Counted from the first letter of the stretch, positions 25,490-35,299 are shown. The stretch is 59,939 nucleotides of DNA from an uncultured Desulfobacterales bacterium (GCA_964534335.1 CAZHPS010000001.1:1-59939); one strand, 5' to 3'. Numbers and translations: made by a program. The notes: generated from the sequence alone by a model not told the origin.

Positions 25490-25825
25490 TCACGCAAAAT
25501 TGAGAATCATACTGTCATTCGGTATGAATGGCTTATATGGCTGAACTGCCTCATCAGCAATATAACCGGGAACTGCAATTCCGGATTCATACTGAGCATA
25601 ATTCACGAATGTTCTTCCGTCAACTCTGACTTTCATTCCATCTAACGGATGCTTTAAAGGCACGATTGCAAATACCTGTCCGTATTTTTCCTTTAAACTT
25701 GGATAGCCCAGCAATTCTGCGCGTTTCCCGATATCCACTTCAATATAGTGTCTGGAGGCTTCAAGAATATTATCACCATATTCCTCGGCTATGCTTTCAA
25801 GCACTTCATCAAGATGTCTTTTCAT
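25490..25825 (-). CDS. Hypothetical protein (111 aa)
   Basis: ORF with an ATG start and ordinary composition. No motif recognised. Confidence 0.5.
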   Translation of the reverse strand: MKRHLDEVLESIAEEYGDNILEASRHYIEVDIGKRAELLGYPSLKEKYGQVFAIVPLKHPLDGMKVRVDGRTFVNYAQYESGIAVPGYIADEAVQPYKPFIPNDSMILNFA

Positions 25826-26090
25826 ATCCGCTCTCCTTTCTCAGATTCGTTTTTCAATTTTCCCGCTCTGCGCCCCTGAATCCGACGCATTCTTCTTAAT
25901 CTGCCGAAATACGCAAACGAATTTTTTGATCATTTATATTTCAGAGTTCCATGTGTTTACTTGTCCGAACGATTCAGACATGGTGTAATTCGATCAATTT
26001 TTTTGGAAAAACAACTGAATTCACATTACACAAATTTGAAATATCAGATATTATTAATTTTAAATTATCAATTTAGGAGTTACGCAGTTG

Positions 26091-26285
26091 GGTATTGGGT
26101 CTGCACGAACTGATTAAAATTTAACTATCTTATATTATTATGTTTTCAAAAAAAATGCTGATTTTTTTGTCTATATATAATAAATACAAATAGTTATACG
26201 ATACATCCATGATACTGCTTATACTGATTATAAATAACATATTGATTTATATATTAAAAAAATCAGCATGAGAAGTCCCACTACC
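26091..26285. mobile_element. MITE family A copy 2 (195 bp, short TIR GGTAnTGGGnC only)
   Basis: Shares GGTATTGGGTCTGCACGAACTGATTAAAATTTAAC, the AT-rich core and ...GTCCCACTACC with 5864..6098 and 59370..59722. Confidence 0.65.
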
Positions 26286-26341
26286 TAAAATACTATTGAG
26301 AACAGATTCCTCATATCATTCACTATAACAGATTTGATTTT

Positions 26342-27190
26342 TTAGATATTATTTTTTAATCGCTGCAGTTCGTCAATGATAACAGTTTCTGTGTCTATCA
26401 GTGAATCGGCAATCAGTTTTAAAAAAGGTGCAATATCACCCTTATCCGCCTGATTCAGTGCTGTCAGATATTTTCGGCGATTTTCGTTTTTTATAATTGC
26501 AACCGGATAATTTCTTTTTATTAAAATCAGATTCATAAGAATTCTTGCGCCACGCCCGTTACCGTCATCAAAAGGATGAATTCTTACCATATTGTAATGA
26601 GCTATTGATGCAGCAACAAGAGGATGTCTGTTTTCAGTATTTTCATTAATCCATCCGCACAGGACTTCCATTTCATCTGCCACATGAATCGGATCGGTAT
26701 AAAAATGAATGGTTCCATCTGTTTGTAAAACATGATTAGGCAAAATTTTGTATTTTCCGGGACTGGCAGGTTTTCGGACTTTCTGACCGCTCTGATTTAT
26801 TGCCGTTGTATATTTGACTCCTGACAAAAGCAGGGCATTCATTTCTTTTATCAGTCCCTGAGAAACAGGCCGATTGTCTTTTATCACCTCATAGAGCCAG
26901 TCAATTGCCTCAGCATGATTTCTTGCATCAAGAAAATCCTTGAAAGGTTTTCCTTCAACTGTCAGTCCTTCTCTTAAAAAAAACAATGTTTCTCCTCTTG
27001 TCAGAGAACTGCCTTCAATAGCATTGGAATCATATGTCCAGTCAATACGAAGTTTTTCCTGAACTGCTGACCAATGTTCTTTTTGTAAAGATTTTTTCTT
27101 ATCAATCTGAGTTTTAAGATTATCAATTAAAGACAGTAATTCTTTAATATCAGATTTATCTTCATCAAAATTATAATAGTTGGTTTTCAT
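26342..27190 (-). CDS. Fic-family protein (AMPylase-type), class II with N-terminal inhibitory helix
   Basis: Fic motif HPFDDGNGRGAR. The upstream SNAIEG matches the (S/T)xxxE(G/N) autoinhibitory motif. Confidence 0.85.
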   Translation of the reverse strand: MKTNYYNFDEDKSDIKELLSLIDNLKTQIDKKKSLQKEHWSAVQEKLRIDWTYDSNAIEGSSLTRGETLFFLREGLTVEGKPFKDFLDARNHAEAIDWLYEVIKDNRPVSQGLIKEMNALLLSGVKYTTAINQSGQKVRKPASPGKYKILPNHVLQTDGTIHFYTDPIHVADEMEVLCGWINENTENRHPLVAASIAHYNMVRIHPFDDGNGRGARILMNLILIKRNYPVAIIKNENRRKYLTALNQADKGDIAPFLKLIADSLIDTETVIIDELQRLKNNI

Positions 27191-27374
27191 ATTTTCAATG
27201 TTTAGAAAGGTATAACCAGTTAGTTGTTAAGCTTTTTTTTATGTTAAAACATGAAAAAATGCGTGTTATGCGGACAGCAATTTTCATGCCAAGTTTCAGA
27301 CGATCTGTCATTTTTCATCAGGATATGACCTGATGCTCAGACAGAATTATCACACAAAAATAAAATTTAACATA

Positions 27375-27409
27375 TAATGTTTCAACTTTTTTTGGCATGA
27401 TTTTTGCGG
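27375..27409 (+). repeat. Solo terminus remnant of MITE family S carrying TGGCATgatttTTGC (27393..27407)
   Basis: TTCAACTTTTTTTGGCATGATTTTTGCGG aligns with the left terminus of 59406..59567. No matching right end is nearby. Confidence 0.4.
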
Positions 27410-27410
27410 T

Positions 27411-28631
27411 TCATTTTGCAATTCTGATGACTGAACCGGTATTTTCATTTTCAGAAATCGGCTTACTCTGATCCGGCTGCCCGGATGTGCTGAAGCTGTG
27501 TATGTTTTCCGGCGAGAATTTTCCCATTTTGAAATAATCCTCAATTTTCAGATTGCCTTTTGCAAAAGCCTCAGCCAGGGCAGATGGAATTTTTGCCTGC
27601 TCTTCCAGATATTTTGAACGGGTTTCCAGAATGCGCACCTGCAGTTCCTGTTCTTTTCTTTCAGACTCGGCCTGCGCGATTTCCTTTTCTTCCCTGGCTT
27701 TGCGGATTTTCTGCTTTACCCCGATATTTTCTCCCACTGCAATGTCTGAAAGTTCAAGAGAGCGTATTTCATAGGCTGTATCATCAGCCAGAATGTCCTT
27801 TGGTAAAGCAGCAGAAATACTGTCCGGGTTTTCCAGAATTTTCTGATGGCTCTCCGCATTGCTTATGGCTGCAAGCAGGGCCTGTGAGGCCCGGCTCAGA
27901 ATGGTTTCTTCGCCTGCACCGCCCAGTATCTGATCCGGATCTGTGCGGATGGTCATCACGGCTCTGGCTGAAACCTCAAAACCGTTTTTGGTCACGGCTG
28001 TGACTTTTTCCGTGCGGATAATACGGGGCTGAATCAGGGTTCGCATGGCTTCCAGAATATCCCTGCCTGCGAGATCCGCTGCTGCCGCTGTATGAAAATC
28101 AATGGATATCTGTGTGTTGGCAGCAATGCTCATAGCTTCCATGACTTTTCCTGCATTGCCTCCCGCCAGCATATGCGCAGCAATATCCCCGATCTCCACT
28201 TCAAGTCCGATTTTGTCTGCACGTATTTTGTAATCCACCAGTTGCCGGACATCAATCCCGGAAGCCATGTGGGATAGCAGAGTGCTGATATCCGCTGAAA
28301 TATTTTCCTGTTTTGCCCGGACAGCGCATTCCATGATGATTCTTGCATCATCGGGAACAGGCAACTGTGCCAGAGATTCAATTTCTTCCGGAGAGACTTT
28401 CAGATGGCCTTCCGCAGCTTTTACCCCAAGTTCTGTGTATAACGCAGGATCAATTCCGCACGCGCGCATTTTGAACAGACGCAGGGGATTTGCAAAAGAC
28501 CGCAGCACCAGTGCGCGGAGCCAGAAGGATTTTTTGCGGTACAGATGATAAAAAAATCCCATAATCAGCAGCAGAAGGAGTATGATGACCGTTAGTATGC
28601 GTATGATATAAATTTCAAGAGAATATTCCAT
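27411..28631 (-). CDS. floA: Flotillin-like protein FloA (UPF0365/YqfA family)
   Basis: AAADLAGRDILEA, LGGAGEETI, ILENPD, LSDIAVGENIG and a C-terminal ALAEAFAKGNL..DYFKM match B. subtilis FloA as I recall it. The ATG at 28631 has AGGA upstream and sits right before the TM helix. The ORF track extends to 28670. Confidence 0.8.
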   Translation of the reverse strand: MEYSLEIYIIRILTVIILLLLLIMGFFYHLYRKKSFWLRALVLRSFANPLRLFKMRACGIDPALYTELGVKAAEGHLKVSPEEIESLAQLPVPDDARIIMECAVRAKQENISADISTLLSHMASGIDVRQLVDYKIRADKIGLEVEIGDIAAHMLAGGNAGKVMEAMSIAANTQISIDFHTAAAADLAGRDILEAMRTLIQPRIIRTEKVTAVTKNGFEVSARAVMTIRTDPDQILGGAGEETILSRASQALLAAISNAESHQKILENPDSISAALPKDILADDTAYEIRSLELSDIAVGENIGVKQKIRKAREEKEIAQAESERKEQELQVRILETRSKYLEEQAKIPSALAEAFAKGNLKIEDYFKMGKFSPENIHSFSTSGQPDQSKPISENENTGSVIRIAK

Positions 28632-28644
28632 AAAAAATTCCTGC

Positions 28645-29994
28645 TCACAAAGGGGATACATCCCTTGCATGTATGCTGATTTCTTCGGGTATCTGCGGTT
28701 CTGCCTCGCTGAGATTCATTTCCTGAAAACGCCGGGCAATGGGGATCAGCCGTCTTTCCAAAGAACCCAAAGTTTTGTTGTATCCTTCCACAGATTTGTT
28801 CAGATGTGTTTTCAGTTCTGCAAAATGTTCAATAAAGGTTTCCAGTCTCCGGTACAGTTCCTGTCCCTGCTGTGCGATATGAATAGCGTTTTCTGTCACC
28901 TGATGCTGTTTCCATCCATAGGCCACAGCCCTGAGCAGCGCGATCAGCGTCACCGGTGTGCTGATCAGAACCTTCTGATCCATGGCATATTCCAGAATTT
29001 CCGGGTCCTGGTCAAAGGCTGCACTCAGAAAACTGTCCCCCGGAAGGAACATGACCACAAAATCAGGAGCATTTTCAAACTGTTCCCAGTATTTTTTCCG
29101 GCTGAGTTCCCGGATCCGGCTCCGCATTGCTTTGGCATGTTCCTCCATTTTGCGTTTGTGCTCATCCGGTCTGTCTGATTCCGATGCCTCCAGATAGGCC
29201 TGCAGCGGCACTTTGGCATCCACAGGCAGAATGCCTGCATTGGGCAGATGAATGATCATATCCGGCCTTCCCCAGTCGGTTCCGGTCTGTTCCTCAAAGG
29301 CCACATGCCGGATCATGCCGGACATTTCCACAACCCGGCGCAACTGAATTTCTCCCCACCGGCCCCGTACTGTGGAAGATTTCAGTGCCTGGCTCAGGGT
29401 GATGGTGGCTGCCCGGATCTCCGTATGCGCACGGGACAAGTGCTGCAACTGTTCTGTCAGTCCCTGATACGCGCCTTCCCGTTTCTGCTCCAAATCCCGG
29501 ACATGACCTTCGAGCAGATGCAGATTTTCCCGCACAGGATCAAAGAGATTTTCCAACTGGGCTTTGTGTGTGTTCCAGTCTCCCTTTGCCTGACGGAAAA
29601 GAGCGGACATCTGTTCCCGCGCGTGTGAGGCAAAGAGTTCAGAATTTTTCTGCAGGGTCTGACCGGCCAGCGCGTCAAAAGCTTCCCGCATCTGATTTCT
29701 GGCCTGTTCCATCCATCTGAGTTTTTCTTCATCCGATACGCGCATCTGTTCCAGCCGGGCAATGCAGACTTTCAACTGCTGATTTTCCGTCTGCAGTCCT
29801 GTGCATACAGGTTCAAGAGATTGCAGTTTTCCGGCCAGTCCCTCTTTTTCCTTTGTTACTTCGGCTATACGGATATGAAGACTTTCTCTTTCCCGCTGGG
29901 CATTGGAACGAAACCACAGCCATGTGAAAACAGCACTTACTGTACCCGCAATGCAGATCAGCAGAATCAGCCGCCAGAGATCATAAGAAAGCAT
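28645..29994 (-). CDS. rmuC: DNA recombination protein RmuC
   Basis: N-terminal TM helix, a long coiled coil and the conserved C-terminal nuclease-like core (FVVMFLPGDSFL, ISTPVTLIALLRAVAYGW). Confidence 0.8.
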   Translation of the reverse strand: MLSYDLWRLILLICIAGTVSAVFTWLWFRSNAQRERESLHIRIAEVTKEKEGLAGKLQSLEPVCTGLQTENQQLKVCIARLEQMRVSDEEKLRWMEQARNQMREAFDALAGQTLQKNSELFASHAREQMSALFRQAKGDWNTHKAQLENLFDPVRENLHLLEGHVRDLEQKREGAYQGLTEQLQHLSRAHTEIRAATITLSQALKSSTVRGRWGEIQLRRVVEMSGMIRHVAFEEQTGTDWGRPDMIIHLPNAGILPVDAKVPLQAYLEASESDRPDEHKRKMEEHAKAMRSRIRELSRKKYWEQFENAPDFVVMFLPGDSFLSAAFDQDPEILEYAMDQKVLISTPVTLIALLRAVAYGWKQHQVTENAIHIAQQGQELYRRLETFIEHFAELKTHLNKSVEGYNKTLGSLERRLIPIARRFQEMNLSEAEPQIPEEISIHARDVSPL

Positions 29995-30067
29995 TTCAGA
30001 TTTTCTGGTTTCCGGGTAATGGTTTTTGTGCAGAGGATTTCATGTTCACATTATGATCCTGACATTT

Positions 30068-31774
30068 TTATGAACTGCTTTTCCGTTCATAAACAGCCAC
30101 ATCCGCGCAGTTGGGGTAGATTTTGAGCAGTTCCAGAAAAAAGACACTGGTACCGTATTCAAAGGGCCGGGTTGTGCCTTCCTCTATTTCGGAAAAACGC
30201 CGCAGACCCAGTCGCGGATGGGTGACATCAATCACGGCCACACCTGGGGAATTCGGTTCATCCGAAGGATAAATATCCACCAGCCGCACCAAAATCTGAC
30301 TGGAGAGAAAATGTACAGTGTTCTGCCTGTTTTTGCACAAAGTTTTCACAGAAATTCCATTTTTTTCCGTTTCCTGCAGTGCATTGATATCCTGGCCCGT
30401 CAGCATGTTATCGGGTATGGCAAAAACAGGGGGGTTTTCCTCTTTCGTATTTGCCGGTTCCATTTTTGCCGGTTCCGGTTTTGGAGGCTCCGGTTTTGGA
30501 GGTTCTGTTTTAGGAGGCTCTGTTTTAGGAGGCTCTGTTTTAGGAGGCTCTGTTTTAGGAGGTTCCATTTTTGGAGGCCCTGTTTTAGGAGGCTCTGTTT
30601 TCGGCAGCTCCGTTTTTGGAGGTTCTGTTTCTGGCTGTTCCATTTTTTTTATTTCTTCTCTTTTTTGGGCAAGGAGAGCAATAACAGTATCCATTTTCCG
30701 GGCAACCGGATATGCATCCTTCATCGTATAGGATTTCATCAACCCGGCCTTCAGATTTTCTGCTTTTTCTGTAAGTTCCTTTCGCTCAGAATCAGAAATT
30801 TTTTTGCCCTGTATTTTTATGTATTCTGCAATTTTATCAATCATTTTCTCAAGAAGCCCCATCAATTTTTCTGTATCTCTCACTTCCCTGTTTTTTATGG
30901 CATCAGCCAGACCATCAAGGAGATCTCCCAGTTTTTTTGTAACCGGTGATACATCTTTTCTTGAATAAATTTCTGCAAAATCTGTAATTTGAGTTATCTT
31001 TCCGATAATGCCGGATTCTGCTTTGTCATTTATGAAAATGATAAGATTGTCCAATTTTTCGGCAATCGGATAGGCATCATCCATCAGATAGAATTTCAGA
31101 CTCTCTTTCAGAGTTTCTGTTTTCCGTGTAAGATAACTCTTTTCGGAATCGGCCATTTTATCCCTTTGTATATTTATACATTCCATTATCTTATCTGTCA
31201 TTACCCCCAAATCGTCCATTACTTTTTTTGTATCCTGTATTTTATTCTCTGTTATTGCATTAGCCAGCTCATCAAGCAGTTTCCCAAGTTTTTTCGTAAC
31301 CAGAGACGTGTCTTCCCGTGAATACATTGCCGCTACATCTACAATTTCAGATATTATATCAGCAATATTTTTGGAATCTTCAAATTTTGTTTTTTTTTCA
31401 GCCTCAGTTTCAGCCGGATTGTCCTCATCTTTTACTGAAGAAGCTGCTGTGAATTTTGTTTCTTTTTCAGCCGGACTGTCCTCATCTTTTACTGAAGACT
31501 CTGGTGCAGATTTTGTTTGTTTTTCATATGCAGCCTGACTGTATTCATGTTTTACAGAAAAAGCCGGTGCCGGTTTTGTTGCTTTTTCAGTTTCAGATTT
31601 GATTTCTGTTTCCGTTCCCCCCGGTATTGACAGTCTGCTTATTTTTTCAGGATCTCTGCGATCCATAATAATCAGCAGATATATAAGCATGATAAGAATA
31701 AACACTGCCAAAATGGCAATTTTCACCAATATGGAATCCCGTTCATCTGATCCGTTTTTTTTCTCATCATCCAT
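30068..31774 (-). CDS. Single-pass membrane protein with two helical repeats of about 120 aa, a (P-P-K-T-E)n rod and a C-terminal globular domain of unknown function
   Basis: TM helix ILVKIAILAVFILIMLIYLLII. Internal duplication (VTKKLGKLLDELANAI... / VTKKLGDLLDGLADAI...). The rod reads ETEPPKTELPKTEPPKTGPPKMEPPKTEPPKTEPPKTEPPKTEPPKPEPPKPEP. Confidence 0.7.
   Translation of the reverse strand: MDDEKKNGSDERDSILVKIAILAVFILIMLIYLLIIMDRRDPEKISRLSIPGGTETEIKSETEKATKPAPAFSVKHEYSQAAYEKQTKSAPESSVKDEDSPAEKETKFTAASSVKDEDNPAETEAEKKTKFEDSKNIADIISEIVDVAAMYSREDTSLVTKKLGKLLDELANAITENKIQDTKKVMDDLGVMTDKIMECINIQRDKMADSEKSYLTRKTETLKESLKFYLMDDAYPIAEKLDNLIIFINDKAESGIIGKITQITDFAEIYSRKDVSPVTKKLGDLLDGLADAIKNREVRDTEKLMGLLEKMIDKIAEYIKIQGKKISDSERKELTEKAENLKAGLMKSYTMKDAYPVARKMDTVIALLAQKREEIKKMEQPETEPPKTELPKTEPPKTGPPKMEPPKTEPPKTEPPKTEPPKTEPPKPEPPKPEPAKMEPANTKEENPPVFAIPDNMLTGQDINALQETEKNGISVKTLCKNRQNTVHFLSSQILVRLVDIYPSDEPNSPGVAVIDVTHPRLGLRRFSEIEEGTTRPFEYGTSVFFLELLKIYPNCADVAVYERKSSS
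30455..30640. repeat. 15-bp periodic tandem repeat (about 12 units) encoding the PPKTE rod
   Basis: GGAGGCTCTGTTTTA and variants are repeated head to tail on the plus strand. Confidence 0.8.
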
Positions 31775-31820
31775 GATGCAAGCCTCCGTTTATGGCAACT
31801 ATCTGAAACAGCACAAATAT

Positions 31821-33443
31821 TTATATTTTTGACAGAAGTTCCTGTTTTCTCTTTTCCAGTTCGCTTTCGGCAGGTATTTTCTGATCTTCTGCTTTCTGCT
31901 CTGCCGGAGGAGGAATTTTCGGCGCAGCAGGCGTTTCCGCAGAAGATGGTTTCGGCACAGATTCCCCTGCCGGAGCAGCAGTTTTATGCTCTGGCTGCTG
32001 AGGAATTTTCGGAGCAGGCGTTTCCGCAGGCATTGGTTTTGGAGCAGATTCTCCCGGAGCAGGCGCAGGTTTGGATTCATGCTGCGGAGAAATTTTCGGC
32101 GCAGATGGCGCGGGCATTGGTTTTGGAACAGATTCTCCGCCCGGAGCAGGCCCAGGTTTGGATTCAGACTGCGGAGGCGTTTTCAGCGCAGATGGCGCGG
32201 GCATTGGTTTTGGAGCAGATTCTCCCCCCGGAGCAGGCCCAGGTTTGGATTCATGCTGCGGAGAAATTTTCGGCGCAGATGGCGCAGGCATTGGTTTTGG
32301 AGCAGATTCTCCCCCCGGAGCAGGCCCAGGTTTGGGTTCAGGCTGCGGAGGCGTTTTCGGCGCAGATGGCGGCGCGGGTGTATCCGCAGGCACTGGTTTT
32401 GGAGCAGATTCTCCGCCCGGAGCAGGCCCAGGTTTGGGTTCAGGCTGCGGAGGCATTTTCGGCACAGATGGCGCAGGTGTTTCCGCAGGCATTGGTTTTG
32501 GAGAAGATTCCCCGCCCGGAGCAGGCCCAGTTTTGGATTCAGGCTGCGGAGGCATTTTCGGCGCAGATGGCGCTGGTATATCCGCAGGCACTGGTTTTGG
32601 CGCAGATTCCCCGCCCGGAGCAGGCCCAGGTTTGGGTTCATGCTGTGGAGGCATTTTCGGCGCAGGCGGGACATCCTGAGATACAGGTTTCAAAGTCGGC
32701 TCCGGATTTGTTTTTCCGCCTGCATTTTCCGCAGACTTAGGGACATCCACTTTTTTCTGAGCAGGAACCGGGATATTCGGTGCCATATTCTCCAGCATGG
32801 CGGAAATATCCGCCATATGCTTCTGATGCAGATTTTTGATTTCCTCCACCATATCTTTGATCGTGGCAGGATCTGCTTTGCTCTCGTAAAGTTTCTGATA
32901 TACAGTCCTGATCTCTTCCCCATGCTTGAACAGACTGTTAATCATTTTGGACAAATCATTGAGCATAATCTGCATATCCTGATTCATAGAGGTGCGGTTG
33001 CATTCATAAAGTTTCTGATGCACAGCACTGATATCTTTCACCTTTCCGGCCAGATGCTCAATTCTTTCAGACAGAGCGTCCATCATCATCTGCATATCTT
33101 CGGTCAGCAGAGTGCGGGAATTCTCCGACACCTTGACAGAAAGGGAATTTATCTGTCCGGAAAGATCCCCCACAGATTTCTGAATCCCCTGCATTGACTC
33201 AATCCTGGCTTCGAGCTTGGCGGCAAGTTCCGACAGTTTGGCCTGAACTGCCGCTATATTTCCTGTCTGCGCGGAAATCGAATCCAGTTTGGCCGCAACC
33301 GGTTTTAAATCCACAGGAGGCGGTTTGGTCCCTTTGTGCTTTTTCTCAAACTGATATATTTCCCAGCAGATAAGCACCAGCAGAATAAAAACGATAATGA
33401 TGATGAAAGTGAAAAATTCACTGACAGTCAGCATACTGCTCAT
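31821..33443 (-). CDS. Single-pass membrane protein with helical repeats and about 8 Pro-rich repeats of 26-35 aa (PKMPPQPEPKPGPAPGGESAPKPxPA...)
   Basis: N-terminal TM helix FFTFIIIIVFILLVLICW. Duplicated MQxMxDxLS...VxQKLYE blocks. The C-terminal half is almost entirely P/A/G/E/K/S repeats. Confidence 0.7.
   Translation of the reverse strand: MSSMLTVSEFFTFIIIIVFILLVLICWEIYQFEKKHKGTKPPPVDLKPVAAKLDSISAQTGNIAAVQAKLSELAAKLEARIESMQGIQKSVGDLSGQINSLSVKVSENSRTLLTEDMQMMMDALSERIEHLAGKVKDISAVHQKLYECNRTSMNQDMQIMLNDLSKMINSLFKHGEEIRTVYQKLYESKADPATIKDMVEEIKNLHQKHMADISAMLENMAPNIPVPAQKKVDVPKSAENAGGKTNPEPTLKPVSQDVPPAPKMPPQHEPKPGPAPGGESAPKPVPADIPAPSAPKMPPQPESKTGPAPGGESSPKPMPAETPAPSVPKMPPQPEPKPGPAPGGESAPKPVPADTPAPPSAPKTPPQPEPKPGPAPGGESAPKPMPAPSAPKISPQHESKPGPAPGGESAPKPMPAPSALKTPPQSESKPGPAPGGESVPKPMPAPSAPKISPQHESKPAPAPGESAPKPMPAETPAPKIPQQPEHKTAAPAGESVPKPSSAETPAAPKIPPPAEQKAEDQKIPAESELEKRKQELLSKI
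31901..32672. repeat. Imperfect tandem DNA repeats of about 90 or 105 bp encoding the Pro-rich region
   Basis: TTCGGCGCAGATGGCGC...CCCGGAGCAGGCCCAGGTTTGG recurs about 8 times. It generates long spurious ORFs in several frames on both strands. Confidence 0.8.
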
Positions 33444-33480
33444 TTTATGCTCCTCTGATCTCTGAAAAGGGGTTGAGGGT

Positions 33481-34152
33481 TTAGCGCCATCCGGTTCCCA
33501 CGCTGCCGGCTTCTTTGAGCCATTTGCGCACTGGTTCTGTTTTTTCGATCTTCACGGAGCCCACAGCAATAATGCGCCCCCTCCGGGTTTCAATCATCCG
33601 GAGATTCAGATCAATAAAATCCGCTGTTTCTGTGGTGACACCGGTTTCAATAATATCCACATGATAGATTTTTCCCAGTTGCTGGGCCAGTTTCTGATCC
33701 ACAATGGCAGGACGCCGCTGATTTTCAAACCGCAGCTCCCGCAGCACATCTTTGATAAGAAAGCGTTCCACAATGCTCAGGTTTCTGGCAATTTCCGGCT
33801 GGAGAAAAGAGAAGGTGAGCGTTTTTTCTGTAATATAATTGTGAAATTTGGTCACTGTTCTCCTGTCTATGTCTGAAATTTCCAGAAAGCCCATTTTGTA
33901 CTTTCCCAGATGAAATCCTTTGAATTCCGGTTTCAGGGTGCTGGCCATCTGCCGGACAGCCTGGAGGATTTTTTCGTCCAGCAGGGTCTCAAAAGTATAT
34001 CCGCGGAGCATCTCTTTTTCCACCCTCTGCAGATTTTCCTCATCCGAGGGACTCAGGGCAGCCGGGGTAATGTCTTCGGCATTCATATGCAGACAGCCGG
34101 AAGGGAAAAGCACAGAAATCAGAAGAAAAATCCCGCAGATGATATTTTTCAT
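33481..34152 (-). CDS. Lipoprotein, FlgO/CsgG/LpoB-like fold suggested by pattern
   Basis: Lipobox LFPSGC. IVERFLIKDVLRELRF...LGKIYHVDIIETG...IDLNLRMIETRRGRIIA resembles that family's ER..l..vl.E / G.v...i.l.lR.i.v.tG.i pattern. Not verified. Confidence 0.6.
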   Translation of the reverse strand: MKNIICGIFLLISVLFPSGCLHMNAEDITPAALSPSDEENLQRVEKEMLRGYTFETLLDEKILQAVRQMASTLKPEFKGFHLGKYKMGFLEISDIDRRTVTKFHNYITEKTLTFSFLQPEIARNLSIVERFLIKDVLRELRFENQRRPAIVDQKLAQQLGKIYHVDIIETGVTTETADFIDLNLRMIETRRGRIIAVGSVKIEKTEPVRKWLKEAGSVGTGWR

Positions 34153-34225
34153 TGATGAGCCTTTTGTCAGCCAGTGCGCAGACTGTGAATGTTCATTGGT
34201 TTGGAAACCGGAAAATTCTGCGAAA

Positions 34226-35053
34226 TCAGAAACGGATCCGAAAGCCTATGTAACCGGAGCCTTCGCTCTTTTCCCAGTCACTTATGCCTTCAAATTCCAT
34301 ACTGACATAGCGGTATCCCAGGAGAATAGCGCTCCGTTTGTTCTGGGCAAGATTGATATGTATCCCGAAGCGGGAATCCATAATGCTGATTCCGTCCCCA
34401 AACGTGAGCGGTTCGGGAGACAGGCTCAGTTCTCCGAACATATCCAGATCAATATACCGGTCATAACTGATCTCAATATCCGGCAGATCATATTCCGCTC
34501 TTATCATAAGACCGATGGCTGTGATATCCTCACTGATATTGTCTTTTTCACCTTCGCCCCACATGCCTTTCAGTCCGATGTCCAGATTGAGTTTTTCATC
34601 CAGCATGAGATTGCCGTATGACACCTCGGTACTGATCAGATAAAAATCCTCGTCACTGGTCAGCCCGTTGAGCCCGAAAAAAACGCTGTTCGGAAGAATG
34701 GGCATGCGTAAGCCCAGACGTCCCTCAAAAGCAGATGAATTACCATTGATTTCAATTGAATATCTGGGATATGGGTCAGGAAGCCTGGGCCGATATGCTG
34801 TTCCCGCATAAGAGGATGGATAAGCGCTGTTCTGGTCAGGGGGCGGGTATCCGGTGGATGGATCGTAATATCCCGGCTGAGTTCCCGAATCCGGTTCATA
34901 CTGATAGGAACTGTCCGGATAGGAGGAAGGCGGCGGACTGCTCTGGGAAGGGTCCTCAGCAGCAGGATCATACTGATACTGCTGCTGGCCCCAGGCTGTG
35001 CACGACATCACGCAGAAAAACAGAAAAAATGCAAAAAAAGAAATTTTTTTCAT
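34226..35053 (-). CDS. Outer-membrane beta-barrel protein with Tyr/Pro/Ser-rich N-terminal region
   Basis: Signal peptide MKKISFFAFFLFFCVMSCTAWG, alternating beta-strand pattern, and a C-terminal ...GYIGFRIRF with terminal Phe. The ATG at 35053 has GAGGTG upstream. The ORF track starts at GTG 35062. Confidence 0.7.
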   Translation of the reverse strand: MKKISFFAFFLFFCVMSCTAWGQQQYQYDPAAEDPSQSSPPPSSYPDSSYQYEPDSGTQPGYYDPSTGYPPPDQNSAYPSSYAGTAYRPRLPDPYPRYSIEINGNSSAFEGRLGLRMPILPNSVFFGLNGLTSDEDFYLISTEVSYGNLMLDEKLNLDIGLKGMWGEGEKDNISEDITAIGLMIRAEYDLPDIEISYDRYIDLDMFGELSLSPEPLTFGDGISIMDSRFGIHINLAQNKRSAILLGYRYVSMEFEGISDWEKSEGSGYIGFRIRF

Positions 35054-35299
35054 GTCTGTCACCTCATCTGAAAAATTGTGAAACCAATCTGCCTCATCAC
35101 CATGTGCCTGATTTGCACTGCAATCCTGTTTCAGTTTCGGAATCAGGTTTCCAAAATTTTGGAATCACCGGAAATCCTTTCCGCATCTTTATTCATGGCA
35201 GCAATATGTTTTCAGCAGATTATGTCGGATTAGCCAATTGCAAATTCAGTCAGCATCATTCCGGATTTCTCCGGTGTGACGGTTTGTTATGTTTTGCAA

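Noticed and set aside
31829-33197. Plus-strand ORFs of 202-403 aa (31829..32740, 31986..33197, 32071..32679) and the minus-strand 32183..32674
   Set aside because: They are generated by the stop-free GC-rich Pro-repeat DNA in several frames and give monotonous Arg/Phe/Trp or Gly/Ala translations. Only the 31821..33443 minus frame has a TM anchor, a non-repetitive N-terminal half and a proper start.
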